A stretch of 64,000 nt of DNA, from positions 3,865,455 through 3,929,454 of the forward strand of contig OZ316899.1 of the NCBI GenBank assembly GCA_973895155.1, written 5' to 3'. This DNA is from Marsupella aquatica. Its lineage: Eukaryota; Plantae; Marchantiophyta. Positions 35,564 to 48,391 of the stretch are shown piece by piece. Position 1 is the stretch's first letter, and every line of letters begins with the position of its first letter. Both the position numbers and the translations under genes were made by a program. The notes under the pieces are model-generated. The model worked only from the letters and a program-made list of their open reading frames with translations. It was not told the origin of the DNA and ran no database searches.

Positions 35564-38500
35564 CTATAAACCATGAGCATTCTCCCTCTCCAAGATCAGT
35601 CGGACTTCTCCAACTATGAGAATTGGTTGGCTGGTCAAAGTAGATTCCTCAATGTCTAGTTTGAAAACGGTTTGGAAAACCCAGTACAAATGTTTGCAAG
35701 GCATATATGGATGTCTGCGAGAATGTCGACGATAGAAATCCTCACAAGAACAAGTCGGGAAAATACAAATCTGCACAAAGTAACTATTCGGCGTCCTTAG
35801 ATTCTCATGTGTTTGTACTTTGAATTGCTTCCCCCATGAGTTCCCAATAGAAACATCCCACTATCCCTGGACGGACATGGTCTCTTTTCTTGCAGATTCA
35901 ATCCTCTTCATGTGACCATGGGTCAAGGTCGATCAAGGAACCGTGTTCTTTCCATTCCGACTTTGGAGATGAACAGTGGGTTCCAAAAGATTCACTCTCT
36001 CTGGAAATAAGTTTACGTTGATTCAAAGCTCAAAAAGTGATGGTGAAGGTAGAGGACCGTCTCTTCCTCGGGCTATAGGTATTCCCTGGTCAACAAGATA
36101 CTTCATCTCAGCTTCCGAAACATTTGTTCCTTTTATAACAGGAAGAACATCAGGAACGGAGGGCAGGTTCACTACACCACGGCGGGGACGGCCCCGATAA
36201 CATGTGTTGTTTGGGCAGAACCATATCATTTCGGCTATGGGTTCCCCCCTGAACATGCGTTGTCCTTTGACAACAATTCCAATGACACCATTTGATGAGG
36301 GGAACCCAACTTTCTTCACTCTATTTCGACACTCATCTCTCTCGGAACTACTGCCAAATGACGCGTTGCATTGTGGACCGGCCCCAAATCTTGATGTCCA
36401 ACGCAAATGCCATGAACCCTGCATGACTTCTGTTTCAAGAACTAGAGATTGGAGCGATGTCTGCTGAAGTATAGTGGAGGCGCTTTGTGGGTATTGTGTT
36501 GAACGTGATTGATGTCGACTCTGCGGTGTACTGAAATCATCACGATCTACATCCCTCAAATCATCACTTCCTGAGAGATTGACAACGGAAATGTCATCAG
36601 GTTTTTCTTCCAATACGGAAGCAAACTTGTGTGGTGCAGATTTTTACGCTTGATTGATCTGGTATTCGGCGATGTGATAAGGACTTTATCATGCTGGTGG
36701 GAGTCTTGTGGCAAGACAATCCCAGTTGCAGGTCCTTTCCTCTTGACAGACTTTGTTAGAACATCTCCATTGAGAGGAACGTTTCTCTCCAAGTCAAACT
36801 CAGCTACATTGGAGAGGAGCATGTTCATCGCATCCTCGAACAGCTTTGGGGAACCTGCCTGGTCAGCTGAACGGAAAGCCAGTTCCCATATTGTAGGACC
36901 TCTTCCTCTACTCAATCCTTTCTGATATGTGGTATATGCTGCAACCTGCGATATAGCTCGATTCTGATCCATTTCACATGCCTCAAAGAGCCCAACTTTT
37001 TTTTTCATTACCCATGCTTTCATTCATGCGTGAACAAACTCTGACCCGGTACAGTTAGGAATCCTAGCGCCTTCTTCAGCACTTTTGTCCTGGAACGACA
37101 AAGCATCAACACTAGTAAGAATCCGCAAAACATACTAGCGCCAGGCACTAGGCAGAACATTTAGACAAAACCATCAATATTATTGTGTAATCACATGTTT
37201 ATGAAAATAAACAGGTCAATATTTGAGAATCAATTACATTATTTGGATTCTTTGGATGGAATGTTGAGGAATGTCATCTGAAAAATGTACTTCTACAAAG
37301 CAATCTGACTTGCATATTACTAGCGCCAGGCGCTATTACTCACCAAGTGAATAAAATTTCCCCACTGCCTCCAATGCACGACCCACCACGATATCCAACT
37401 CTGAAGCATTCGGAGCTTTCCAGGTAAGCAATTACCCGACTGCCACCATAGGTCAATCTCTCTTGAAAGTCAGTAAGCCTCTACAAATGTCGGTGCGTTC
37501 CGTAATTTATCCCATAGCATTCGATGTTCCGCCTGCTTCTCTTCCAACACTCCTTCAATAGAATGGCGATGAAAAGCTTGGTAAAAATGAAAAGCGCCCG
37601 TCCTCTCCTGTTCAGGGTTTGGGTGCCCTCCAAAAAAAACATTTCGGACTGCTAACCATCCGGCTTGGGCATTGTCTACCATGAAGCCAAGAATGGTTGG
37701 ATTATCTAACCCATTCTCTTTGGAAACCTCAATCATTAATCTCCAAGCCTTCTCGAACGACGCCATGTCCTTGGCTTTTAGCTCGCAAGTAAATATTGTA
37801 CACAATGTGCGGTAATTGTGATCGTAAACGTGTGCGTTGAAAGTCACCCAATCCTTGGTCATTTGTTTCATGACATCGAAGCTTACCCAAGCACCTTCAA
37901 GCATCCCTCCAGGTTGCATTTGCCGCAAAAGATCCACCCCAGACCCATGGCCTTTGGAAGTCATCTTAAATATGTGAGGTCTGTCTTCTTGAGATCCTTG
38001 ACCTGGAAGGATGTACCTATGTAGAAAAGGCATGTTGATATTCTTTTGATACCAAACAAGAAAATCCAACTCTCCACGGCCTTTCTGGTCCTGCCTAACA
38101 CTCCTGAAAAGAGATGCAAACTTTTGTGGAGTAGAAACTACCATTAGAGACTGGAAAATCTCTGTCTCTTTGATATCTTCAATCTCACCCAAGCTCTCAC
38201 ACAAAGACTATACAAAAGATCCTGTCGCTACATTTTTAATCCCGGTAGGCGTCCAAGTCAGATTGCCTTCCAATTTCTTTTTTATGACATCTTCAACTAC
38301 CTTTTCCGCACTCCGGGAAAATACCTTACGACAAGGATGGTTGTGGGTGCCCATATGAATCGCAAGGCGAGACATGTGACTACAGGTATCTGAGTCAAGC
38401 AGAACTTGAGGATACATATAAAACAGTCTTGAGCATGCCTCTACACAAAAAGGGAGCTGCTGGCAATAATGACAAACAACTCCACCCTGCTCAATGAATG

Positions 38501-39119
38501 ATCCAACACGGTGAGAGCCTCCAAGTTTTGGGGTACCAGCCCATGCCTTTGCATTCCTCCTCTTCTTTCGGCGGAAGTAGTCACAAGTTTTATTCCTGCA
38601 CTCAATAAATCCAGTACAAGTGACTTTACCAAATTCCCAGTATTTCTTGGGCTGCACGTTTGTAGTGGTAGGAAATATTCTAGTCCAGATGTAGCAATCC
38701 TTGGTTCGGTCCATGTCCCGTAGACGGGATCCTTTTGAAAGAATTCCTGACGATGGAGGCAACTCAAACACTACGTTTCCATTGTACTTTGACGGCAAAC
38801 AAGGTACTTGTTCATGCCGGAAGTTTCCAGCCAAAATGAACCTCGAAAGTTTGTTGGACCCAGTTGACTTGAGCAGCGCGTCCATTGCACTTCTCCGGTA
38901 TACAATATGGGATTGCGACGATGGCATCTCCTCTTTGACAAAGACCACTTCAGGCGCCGAAGGCTCCACGAAGGGGATCCTTGGTGGCTCCTCATCATCA
39001 CTATCAGAAAGAGCAACTACATCCATCGGATCCCTTTGAGGGGATTGTCGATCTCCTTGATTTGGTTCCCGAACGACAATGGAGTAGCGCAACCCAGCAT
39101 TAAGGTGCCAAAATCTCAC
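35564..39119 (-). pseudogene. MULE-2 transposase (GCM-like, DDE, SWIM), spliced, with stops and frameshifts
   Basis: KVTCTGFIECRNKTC...CHYC...HMGTHNHP; SFDVMK, GFMVDNAQAGWLAVRNVF and AFHF; SWIM CSCEDF...CKH. Intron GTGAGT at about 37345. Confidence 0.88.
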
Positions 39120-40422
39120 CCCGTCATAGACATCAAAAAGTGCAACAGATTCAAAGTCATTGGCTTCCGTTCCCTCCTAAATGATTGCCTCTATGTCATT
39201 CATGCGCAAATCAAACCTTCCACAAAGATAAACCTCACTTATGTGCCTGTACCTTTCAGCCACAGACACTGGAATGGAAACAATGTCGCCGGTGGACATA
39301 CGGGTAACTACGATTGACTGAGACATCACAGAAGCCTCGGAAGCGAATGAGTGTAGGAAAATTATGAATCAAAATTCCACCGACGAGGACTGTTATCGAT
39401 CCTGACTAACAGTTCCCTAAAGCCGTTATAATAAGACAATCCTCTGACACCATAAATGTGTTTTGTCGTTATATCAACGTCATTTACGATCAACGGCATT
39501 AACGATAAACGTCATTTAGGAAGAACCCTTTTGTTCTAGAAATATCATATGATGAATAGTGCCAGGCGCTATTAAAAACATTGCAAAAGTAGAGGTCCAT
39601 GCAGAGTCAATTTATGTTCAGCGCCTGGTGCTATTCATAACAATCCAAAAGGTTGGGGTCCATCTAACGTCAATTTATGTGTAGCGCCAGGCGCTAATAA
39701 AAGCAAATGACATAAAACAAATTCCTAACGGAGACCCTGGATGATTAGCGCCAGGCGCTAATATTGATATCATTCATATTATGAACGTATACAATGGTAA
39801 AAACTACAAGTATGAGGCTTCAAAAGGATGGAAAAAGGCTTTGTTTTTTGCTAGCGTCGGGCGCTAGTTTTCTTTTGTATCAGAAATATGAGAAAATCGG
39901 ATTTTGGGGAAAGTAATGGCATATTAGCGCCTCTTATGGCTCTATATTGAATTCCCAACTGACATAAAAATTAAAGATTTTAGGCCTTGGAAATTACTAG
40001 CGTCGGGCGCTACTATTTGGTGAGTAAAAATTAATTCTATATATTCTCAGGTTTTCCTTTCAACGGTCATATTCAACGGTAACTATAGGTTGTGTGACCC
40101 TCAATACATCGATCCCCTTATGTGTTGTCAAATAAGATAACGACATGTGTCATAGATCCAGGCCAGGAGTTCAGTTTCCTTAGCATATATGTCATGCTCT
40201 GTGCTCTAGATTCTTCTTATTTCCCATGTTAAGAATAGTATGATCGATGCTGTGTGACGGGTTTTTGCCGTTCACGGTACGGAAAGAGCGCGGTGGTCAT
40301 CAGTGCTTCCTTTGCCCTTGTGCGAGCAATGGACCTTGCCTTATCCTCCTCTCAATGCTAGTGGAAATGGACACAGAGAGGTCGTTCCCTCGCAAACATC
40401 TGAGTGCTCATTTTCAGGATCT

Positions 40423-43400
40423 ATGTATAGTCGTCGAGTGACTCGATCCACTGCTTCGCGAGCCCCTGAAGCAGAACCCATTGTATCGTTCCCAAATAGC
40501 AAGAGAGGGAAGATGGATGATTCTGATTTGTTTGCTGTGGAGGACTTTGGAGAGACGTCGCTGACTGTTTACGATGTGATCTCCAAACACATTATGTCGT
40601 TTGGAAAAGATTTCTGAGGACATGACAAGGATCCGCCAAGGATTCCAATGTGCCAACTACTTCATATGGAAGTAGTGTGGACATTACAGAAGGGAAGTCC
40701 TTCGATAGAGAAGCTGAAAGACTCCTTTCAGAGCACAGGATACAATTCTAAGATCGGCATGCTATTTTACGTCCAACCAACAGATTCCAATGGTGATGTC
40801 CAGATCTGCACGCCAGAGATTCGTGCTTCCTGGGATGCAATTTGGGTTGCAGAGAACAAAAAGTTTGAGGCGGAATGCGCTGCCGACCCTGACTTCTCCG
40901 TCCTACAGGATAAGATGTTTTCTGTGTTTGATGGAAACCATCGACTCTACGCATGGTCCATCGTCACGAAGGAGAATCCGGATGATGTGAAATACCATCC
41001 TCGCATCCAGTGCACAATATTCAAGGGAGAAAAGGGGTCCTTGATCGAGATTGAGGTGGCGATGCACACTGTTAACCAGTAAGTGTCTCTTCCAATATAT
41101 TTCTATTCTAATCTATGATCACAGTGTTTCACTAGCGTCGGGTGTTACTGACTCCCTCTCTCGTTTTCAGGCTTGGGCAGGCAGTGGTCGAACCCTCTTG
41201 GATACTTGATGCAGACCGTATCAACCAAATTCTCTCAAATGAACTCAATTACTACAAGTCTATCATTGACGCTGCAAACTTCAAGAAGTTTGGGCAGATC
41301 ATGCAGAAAACACGGAAGGGATCGTGGTATACAAAAAAAATGCCTCAAGAAGCGCTTCTGTACATCTTGTGTGAGAATAACATCAAGTCTTATTCTAGAC
41401 AGTTTAAGATGGATCTAGAACATGCTGCTGCTCAAGGTACACCTTGGTCTCCCGCAGAGATTTCAAAAAGACATGCAGCGATGATGAAGGAGGCAACAAT
41501 GGATTGGGCGATAAAGGTGTCAAAAATCACTCCTCTGTTAAGCCCTACTTTTGAGGATTTCATGCGGACATGTGCTGAGATGTACCCCCTCACAGAGAAG
41601 AATAAGAGAGAGAAGAAGCCGGATGCAGTTGTCTGTACAATGGATCAAGCAAGATTGTTTACCGCTGTCTCTGCCCTCGACCCCAAGCTAAGGAGTACCC
41701 TTTTGGTTGCCCATTGTACACCGGAGCTGAGGAAACAATTCTTCCATCCACAGAGCGTTAATGACAATCCAGTGAAGCAATGGTGCCATACCTGGCAAAC
41801 TTGGAACACTGTGGAGGGAATCGCTATTGGTTTGCTGCAAACTTCCCTACGCCAGGTCAATGATATAGTCCCCGCCAATCGGTTGCAAGAGTGGGAGTGT
41901 GAGTCAATTGAATCGCTTATTGAAATAGTCTCAAATGACTTCAAGAAATTTGGGGACACTGTGAAAGGTAAGTTTTTTAATACAATGTGGCCTTCCAAGT
42001 ATCTCGACAAGGTTGATTACACCCTCAAGAATCAGAAGAGGGCCAAACGATACCTGTACCGTTTCTTCATGCATATGGAGATTGTGAAGCCAGATTACTT
42101 TTGGGCATACCCTGCTGCTTTCCAAAAGTGGATCGTTGTTCCTGAAGGAGACATACTGGCCGACATGTATTCAATGTATCCCGCTAAAGGGTGTCTTCCA
42201 CCAAGGAAATTGTCAGAATGGGAGAGAATTCATTGTCCTTGGTATTTGGACACCAATAGATGGGACTCTCCATTCGGAGACATTGAGAAAGACGCATTTC
42301 ATAAGCTTTCAAAGTCTCAGGTCCCTCCCAAGTTTGTGTCCAACATGAAGCAGGGAATCGAAGGTGGTGTGAGCAAGTTGGCGACAGAATTGCAATCGGT
42401 GTGCGAAACTATGGTTGTTCATGTTGATCAAAGTCGCAAACCCAGAGCCAAAGCAAAAACCGAAGCTGCGGCACCGAGTACCTCAACGCGGTCCGCCAAA
42501 AAACGTAAGTTGTCATTCAGCTTGTAGCTTCACATTTTGGTTAGCGCCAGGCGCTGCTATATGACTATGTCTATTGGTTTGTTTTTTCAATTGGTTTGGA
42601 CAGCGCCTGGCGCTATTATTCAGCATTGAATAAATTCTGCTCTTTTTCCTTTAGGTGGGAGAAAGTTTGACGCTGCAACCGACGAAACAAAAGTAGATGC
42701 CATAGCCTTCCGAAGCCAATACCGGTGCCTAGTCAGACCCAGTAACTCCAATTGACAAAGCAAAAGAGATCGTCCCTCTTGATGCAACCAGTACAAAGAA
42801 GAAGAAGAAAAAGGCAATTCAAGTTGGAGAATCTTCCCGAGATGATGCCGCTGGAACTGGTGTTTAGAGAGATGTGGGAACCTTCAAGAGCAAATCTTCT
42901 AGGCATTGCATGGTGGAAACAAGTATCCAAGAATTTATTGATACTGCTTTCAACAAAGCAGCGAAACCAGATTGGGTGACTGATGCAGAGAAATGGGGAA
43001 AGGACTTAATCAAGTCGGGTTCCCGAGTAAAGGGAGTAATCAGAGGAGGAAAAGAAAGATCGTTTGGTGTCAATGCAGGATTCATCTATCTTCCTACTGG
43101 ACTTAAACCTACGCTCATGGACCGTCGGGTTCCAAAGTGGAATGTACCAGACCACACAGTTCCCAGTTCTTTCTTCAAAGCGATGGACCCTTTCCTTTCT
43201 GATGATGGCATGCTTGCGATCTTGTATTCAGATGACCATGACCAGGTCTTGCAGGTCATTTCAGCATGCCAGCAGTCAAAAAAGTTCCATTGTGTCAATT
43301 CTCACAATGTCGTCATGTCTATGCCCATGTACAGAGCAAAGACCGATATTCAGGTACAGATCGTTTTATCTCTTGTTTATTGTTAGCGCCCGGCGCTAAT

Positions 43401-44434
43401 TTAGTCTTTGCTGTAGTTCTCGAAACATTACCCGTCGGTTGATAATTTGAGCCAAACGTGTGCGATGCGTGCAGGTATTTACCCTTAGGCTAGACATATT
43501 TTGTCGGACTTCTTCAAAAGGAAAGGTACCAAAGGATCCAAGGTTTAAGCCTCTATCAATAAGTGAAGATCCTTCGATCTCTAACTTGATTGGGCTCCCA
43601 ACCTTGAAGACAGATCATTGCCCGGAGTTGGATTTTGCTGGGAATGCCTGTCTTTCGGTTGGTTTTATGTAGTCGGTGATAGAGCTTTTTACTCTTCCTG
43701 GAGATATTGTCCTTGACTGGACTGTAGGTTCAGGAAGCACATTCATTGCTGGTGATTTTTCTGGTCGTTTCGTGATTGGGTTGGAAAATAGGCGTGAGTT
43801 TGTTGAGACCGCATCAAGGGTTTTCTTAGAACTTCTTGATCCCAGGCATGTTCCGATATTGCCTCCTCCCGCGACCAATTTAAGTGGTCGCAAAAAGAAA
43901 GATAGACTCCAATCTGTTCTCAATTTTGATTCCGACGAAGAGGAAGGTACCTCTGGAGATGTCGGAGATGACACAGAGAAAACACAGGAGGAAGATTCTT
44001 CGGAGAAGAGCGAAGACTCAGACGAGTAATGTTCTTCCAGTAAGCTTCTTTATCCTTTCAAGTGTTGTTGACAATTCTGGGTTCTTGCTCTCTTATCTCC
44101 TAAACTCATATGTTTTTCCGTTTTACTGGATCAGGTCAGAATGGAATCCGAGGAAGCGTTTCCAACTCCGGAGGAGACTAGATGGAATGTAATTGTCACT
44201 CCTGAGAAGCCGTTTGTTTTGCCCTCATATGCTGAAAATGCCGCTAGGAGGGTTGACAAAATTAGAACTCTTTGTTGGGAAACAAAAGGTCTACGTCTTC
44301 AGAGGGGAGCAGACAGGAAGTTCATGAGGAACCCTTATATAGATGATGTTTCCCAAAGCAAGTACATTGATGACGAAGCCGCGTCCACGGACAGATCTGA
44401 AAGCTCCGCATCAGAAACATCTGGTAGTTTATAG
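40423..44434 (+). pseudogene. Multi-exon gene: N-terminal ParB/Srx-like domain, uncharacterised central region, beta-class N4/N6 amino-methyltransferase domain and acidic tail
   Basis: ParB-like SVFDGNHRLYAW. SAM-binding motif I region ELFTLPGDIVLDWTVGSGSTFIAG...GRFVIGLE, upstream FLSDDGMLAIL segment. Frame-preserving GT-AG introns at 41079-41170 and 43354-43474; further probable introns at 42505-42654 and about 44030-44135. In-frame stops at 40615 and 43670 and in exon 3. Confidence 0.8.
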
Positions 44435-47400
44435 GTAGAAATGGGGTTTTCTTCAAATACGTCATTTAATGTTTCAATATGTAACCATTTTGATGAATTG
44501 GCTGATTTTAAGCCCTTTCAACTTTTACTAGCGCCAGGCGCTCCTCAAACATACTGTCACTATTATATTTTTATTTCAGATCCTTGAAGTTTGAGTTGTG
44601 AAGACGTGTTCTCAGGTGCAATATTGGCTAGCGTCGGGCGCTTCCCAATTTTCTAAGGGTTCTTGGGTGTGGATTCTTTCCGGGCTGTGGTTGCATGAAT
44701 GTTTTGTTTTCCGTCTGATTTTGTGGTATTAGGTGAGCTGGCGGGAATAGTCATGGATCTTTGCAGCTAGATGTCTTCTGGAAAAACCCTGATCGGGAGG
44801 AGGCTAGAGTAGACAATGGTTGTCAACTGGGATGATTGTAGTAGTGCCAGGCGCTAATGAAAGGTTTTGGTTAATTATAATTGACTTAAATAGCATTCCG
44901 AGATCGAACATTTCATAACCCCCTTCATTAAATATCCTCCGAGAGTGCAATTGGTACAAATTATAGACTCTTCATAGCGCCCGGCGCTAGCAATAATCGT
45001 GGAGAGTTCCTACTGGTACGAGTTTCTTATATTTACTCCTGTTTGTTTTTTTGGTGTCTTTTAAAAAAACCTCGCCTTCGGCGCTATTTTTACCAGCGCC
45101 GGGTGCTACCAGAATTTTTTTTCAAAAGTTTGAGACTAGAATTTTCCTGTTACCAATCTTTTTCCCTGTTACCAGTTTCTGTTATGAATGCCTGTTTCCT
45201 GTTTTCCTGCCTTTTGTAAACACCTCATACACATAAGGGTGCCAAAAATTATCATAAAGTAAATTTTTAGATATAATAAGGGTAATGTAAATGAGGGAAA
45301 AAATACTAAGAAGGGGGGCAAGGGGGCTCCGGTCGCAGGGGGTTCACTTAATATACATAGAGTGAGGGCCCAGGGGGGTCAATGCATGAGATGCTTGCTT
45401 TGAATTGGGATCAAGAGGCAACTACAAAATTGAATTAAGCTGCTATAGCTTCAGGCATGGGATGCTCATCAGAATTGGCTGGCTGCCTTGATGTTGCTAA
45501 TTGGAATAGAGCTATGGCTACTGATTGGATAAAGTTGCTTGCTATGGAGGAATAGGTTGCTGCTGATCAAGAGGTGGCTGGCTGCTGCTCATCAAAATAG
45601 ACTGCTAATAATCTGAATAGGCAGCTGCAAAATTGAATTGAGGCTAGCTCGATTCTGAGAATAGAGAGGTTGTTGGCTAGCTGTGAGCTATATATGGTGG
45701 GCTACGATGTTGAGTGGGCTAAAAAATTGAAGGGCTAGCGGCTGATCAGACTGACTGCTACACAAGAATTAGAAGGGTTGGCTTCGGGCACGAGATGCTA
45801 CTGCTACACAAATTGATGTTGATTCAATGTGCTACCACGAGAGAATGCTGCCGTTTCAGATTGAATTCAAGAGAGGAGAAAAACAGCTGCAAATTTGAAT
45901 CGGCTTCTTCCCCACTCTTTCCCTGCCATCCCTGGATCCTTACCAACTTCATAGCTCTTCCCTAAATATATCTCTTACCCCCAATCGTAGCTCTCTATTA
46001 CTCCCTGAGTCCTTGCATTTGTAAGCCGTCTCTCTTCTCCCTTTATAAACTCCACTCCCCTGATTGATAAGAACTTGGTCCTTACGAGAGTCGTGGCCCT
46101 GGTGACACTTGGAATCCCTATAAGGGGCGTGTAAAGAGTAAGTGTAATTGCGACATGGTTTATACCTACTTTACACCAAAAAAAGGCCAAATGAAAATGG
46201 GCATAACTTGGGCTAGGGGCATCTGTTGGGGCTTTGTGTTAAGTAAAGGGAAGGTAAGGCACCCCTTAGTGAAGGTGGAAACCCAAGAAAAGAAACACCC
46301 AAAGAAATTCTTAGTCGAGGCCAAGAGGGGGTCCCGATAGCTTACAAACCGGAGCCGATATAGGGGAATGAATACCAGATTTAGAGGCTGACCTTTCTCG
46401 CACCCATACCACTTTATTTAGGATCTAGGGAAGGGTACTTACCCTTGGTCCAAGGTGTAAGGCCAACAAGTTAAGAGAAGTAAGCATAGAGGGTAGTTTA
46501 CTTAGGGTAGTAAAAGGGTTACAAGTAAAATAAGGTCAACTTTGACTAGGCATAACTTGAGACTCACTCACTCTTTTGGCAAGCTTTCAAGTGGGTTAGA
46601 AATCTGGTGAGGAGGACCATAAGTGGGAGCTGGTTTGGAGGTCAAAGCATGCAACTCATGTGCGACATATTCCAGGGCTTGGAAGGAGTCAAAACAATAG
46701 GTTGTAGAGTGGGCTATGAACTATAGATTTGGACTTTGTGTGTTAGGAGGACTTGGGGGAAGTGTAGTTGGACCCCAGGTCAAGCTTGGTGTGGTGTGGA
46801 AGGAGAATAGTATATAAGGTAGAAGTTTTCCTTTATTAAGGGCCCATAATTCTCAGTTCTCAATGTATAATCTATACCTTGCTAAGTTGGGGCTAGGCTT
46901 GAGAAGGAGGTGAGGGTTTAGGTCAGCCTCTAAATCTAGGTGGAAATGAGTGGGTTCCTAACATTTACAAAGAATACTACAACTGGTGGGTGATAGCGGG
47001 CGAGACGCCAGGAGAAAGGGATGAACCGTCTGAGATAGCGAAATAAGTTGCGTTACCAGCGTTGGGCTTGCCGTCAAATTGATGTAGTGATGGCAAGCGA
47101 TGCGAAGGCAACCGAGTGGGAGGCTGCATATGAAAGAGAATTAGGGCAGCCGCTTATTTTACAAGGAGGATGGATTGATGAATAGAACTAGGTTAGGAAG
47201 AGGAGAGTAGCTCAATAGAATCACGGTGACCATTGCCCCATTCTTAGGACCAATTGTAAAGTATTTAAACCCCTGGTCCAAAGCAATGAGGGGGGAACAT
47301 TATTCAATTACATGGCATGCAGTATTTGCAAGCAGATTCGCGTTGATGTGCAATGTTCTTTTCCCATTCTGATAAGTCAATCTTTATTGAATTTCTAGTG

Positions 47401-48391
47401 GAGATTGTCATTGAGGAAGTGAGATTCAAATACTAACAATAGTGACAACATGAGGCTATCTTCCCCTGGATTGCAAGTTGTTCGGACCAGGATCAAGTTT
47501 GGATAAGTTATATCACTTTGTGGTTGTGGGTCTTGCCTATGACAAGAGCAAGGATGAAGAGGCTCTGCCATGATGTGGTAAGCATGGGGGTCTAGCGGGA
47601 ATTTATCTCCCAAGCTTTACCGCTTGTCTATAACCTGGAGAATCACCCATCGGATATAGGCCCTTTGTGTGTTGCCCTAGTAGTATACGACTGTTCGAGG
47701 GTGGTTGAGGAAAAAGAGGTAGTCTCCCCTTTTTCCTATCCCTTGGGTGGTTTGGACACTACTAGAAAGCTTGCCCCCGCCATTGTGTACCTTCTTGTGA
47801 CCCCATGGTCAAACTAGAGGAGGGAGGTACCTGGTGGAGGTTTGGACAAAGCGGAGTGCTTTGAGTGGACGTCCAGGATAAACCTAGACCAAACTTGAGG
47901 TCCTATTCTTGGTCCAAACACCATCATGATAGGACATCTGGTTCAAAATTCTGTAAAAATGACTATGAAACTGAAGGTTAGGACAACAAGAACTATGCAC
48001 AACCATGCATTTTTCTCAGTAATCCGTGCCTTGGTGCCCCTTTTTGACCAGTGGTGGGCAAGTCCTTTGAATCTCCGAGGGGCTTTCCATGCAGTAGTAA
48101 TAGAGTAAGGGTTGTAGGTAGTAGTATTGGTAGTGCATTTATTTGTGTAAGGCCTTGTAACCTAGGGCTATAGAAAGGTTCCCTTGAAAGAGGATAGTTA
48201 ACTAGTTTTAGACTTGGGGGGGTCACTTTCACGGAAGTGGCACATCACGTGCGACAAAGTAAAGACCCATTTAAATAGGTGTGGCGGAAGACTTCCAAAG
48301 TTTGGTGGAAGAACACATAGGGCATGTTTTATTGACTAGTCAACTTTAAAGAACACATAGGCCTATTTAATTGTAAAAAATACTTTCTTTA

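Larger units (their letters stand above)
35325..45108. repeat. Dispersed 15-bp palindrome TAGCGCC-N-GGCGCTA, about 19 copies, non-coding DNA of MULE-2 only
   Basis: Copies start at 35325, 35475, 37136, 37321, 39557, 39619, 39682, 39746, 39852, 39998, 41133, 42542, 42601, 43384, 44529, 44629, 44842, 44975 and 45094 (counted by eye). Confidence 0.92.
34891..45226. mobile_element. MULE-2: complete 10.3-kb GCM-MULE-SWIM transposon with a ParB-methyltransferase cargo gene
   Basis: 8-bp TSD ATACACAT at 34883-34890 and 45227-45234. Imperfect G-starting TIRs share GAAACAGG and CAGGAAAA..TAGTC blocks. Two divergently oriented genes. Confidence 0.88.

Noticed and set aside
40423-44434. Bacterial contamination or a prophage/plasmid ParB-methylase locus
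   Set aside because: The gene has frame-preserving GT-AG introns and sits inside a TSD-bounded eukaryotic transposon among plant retroelements.
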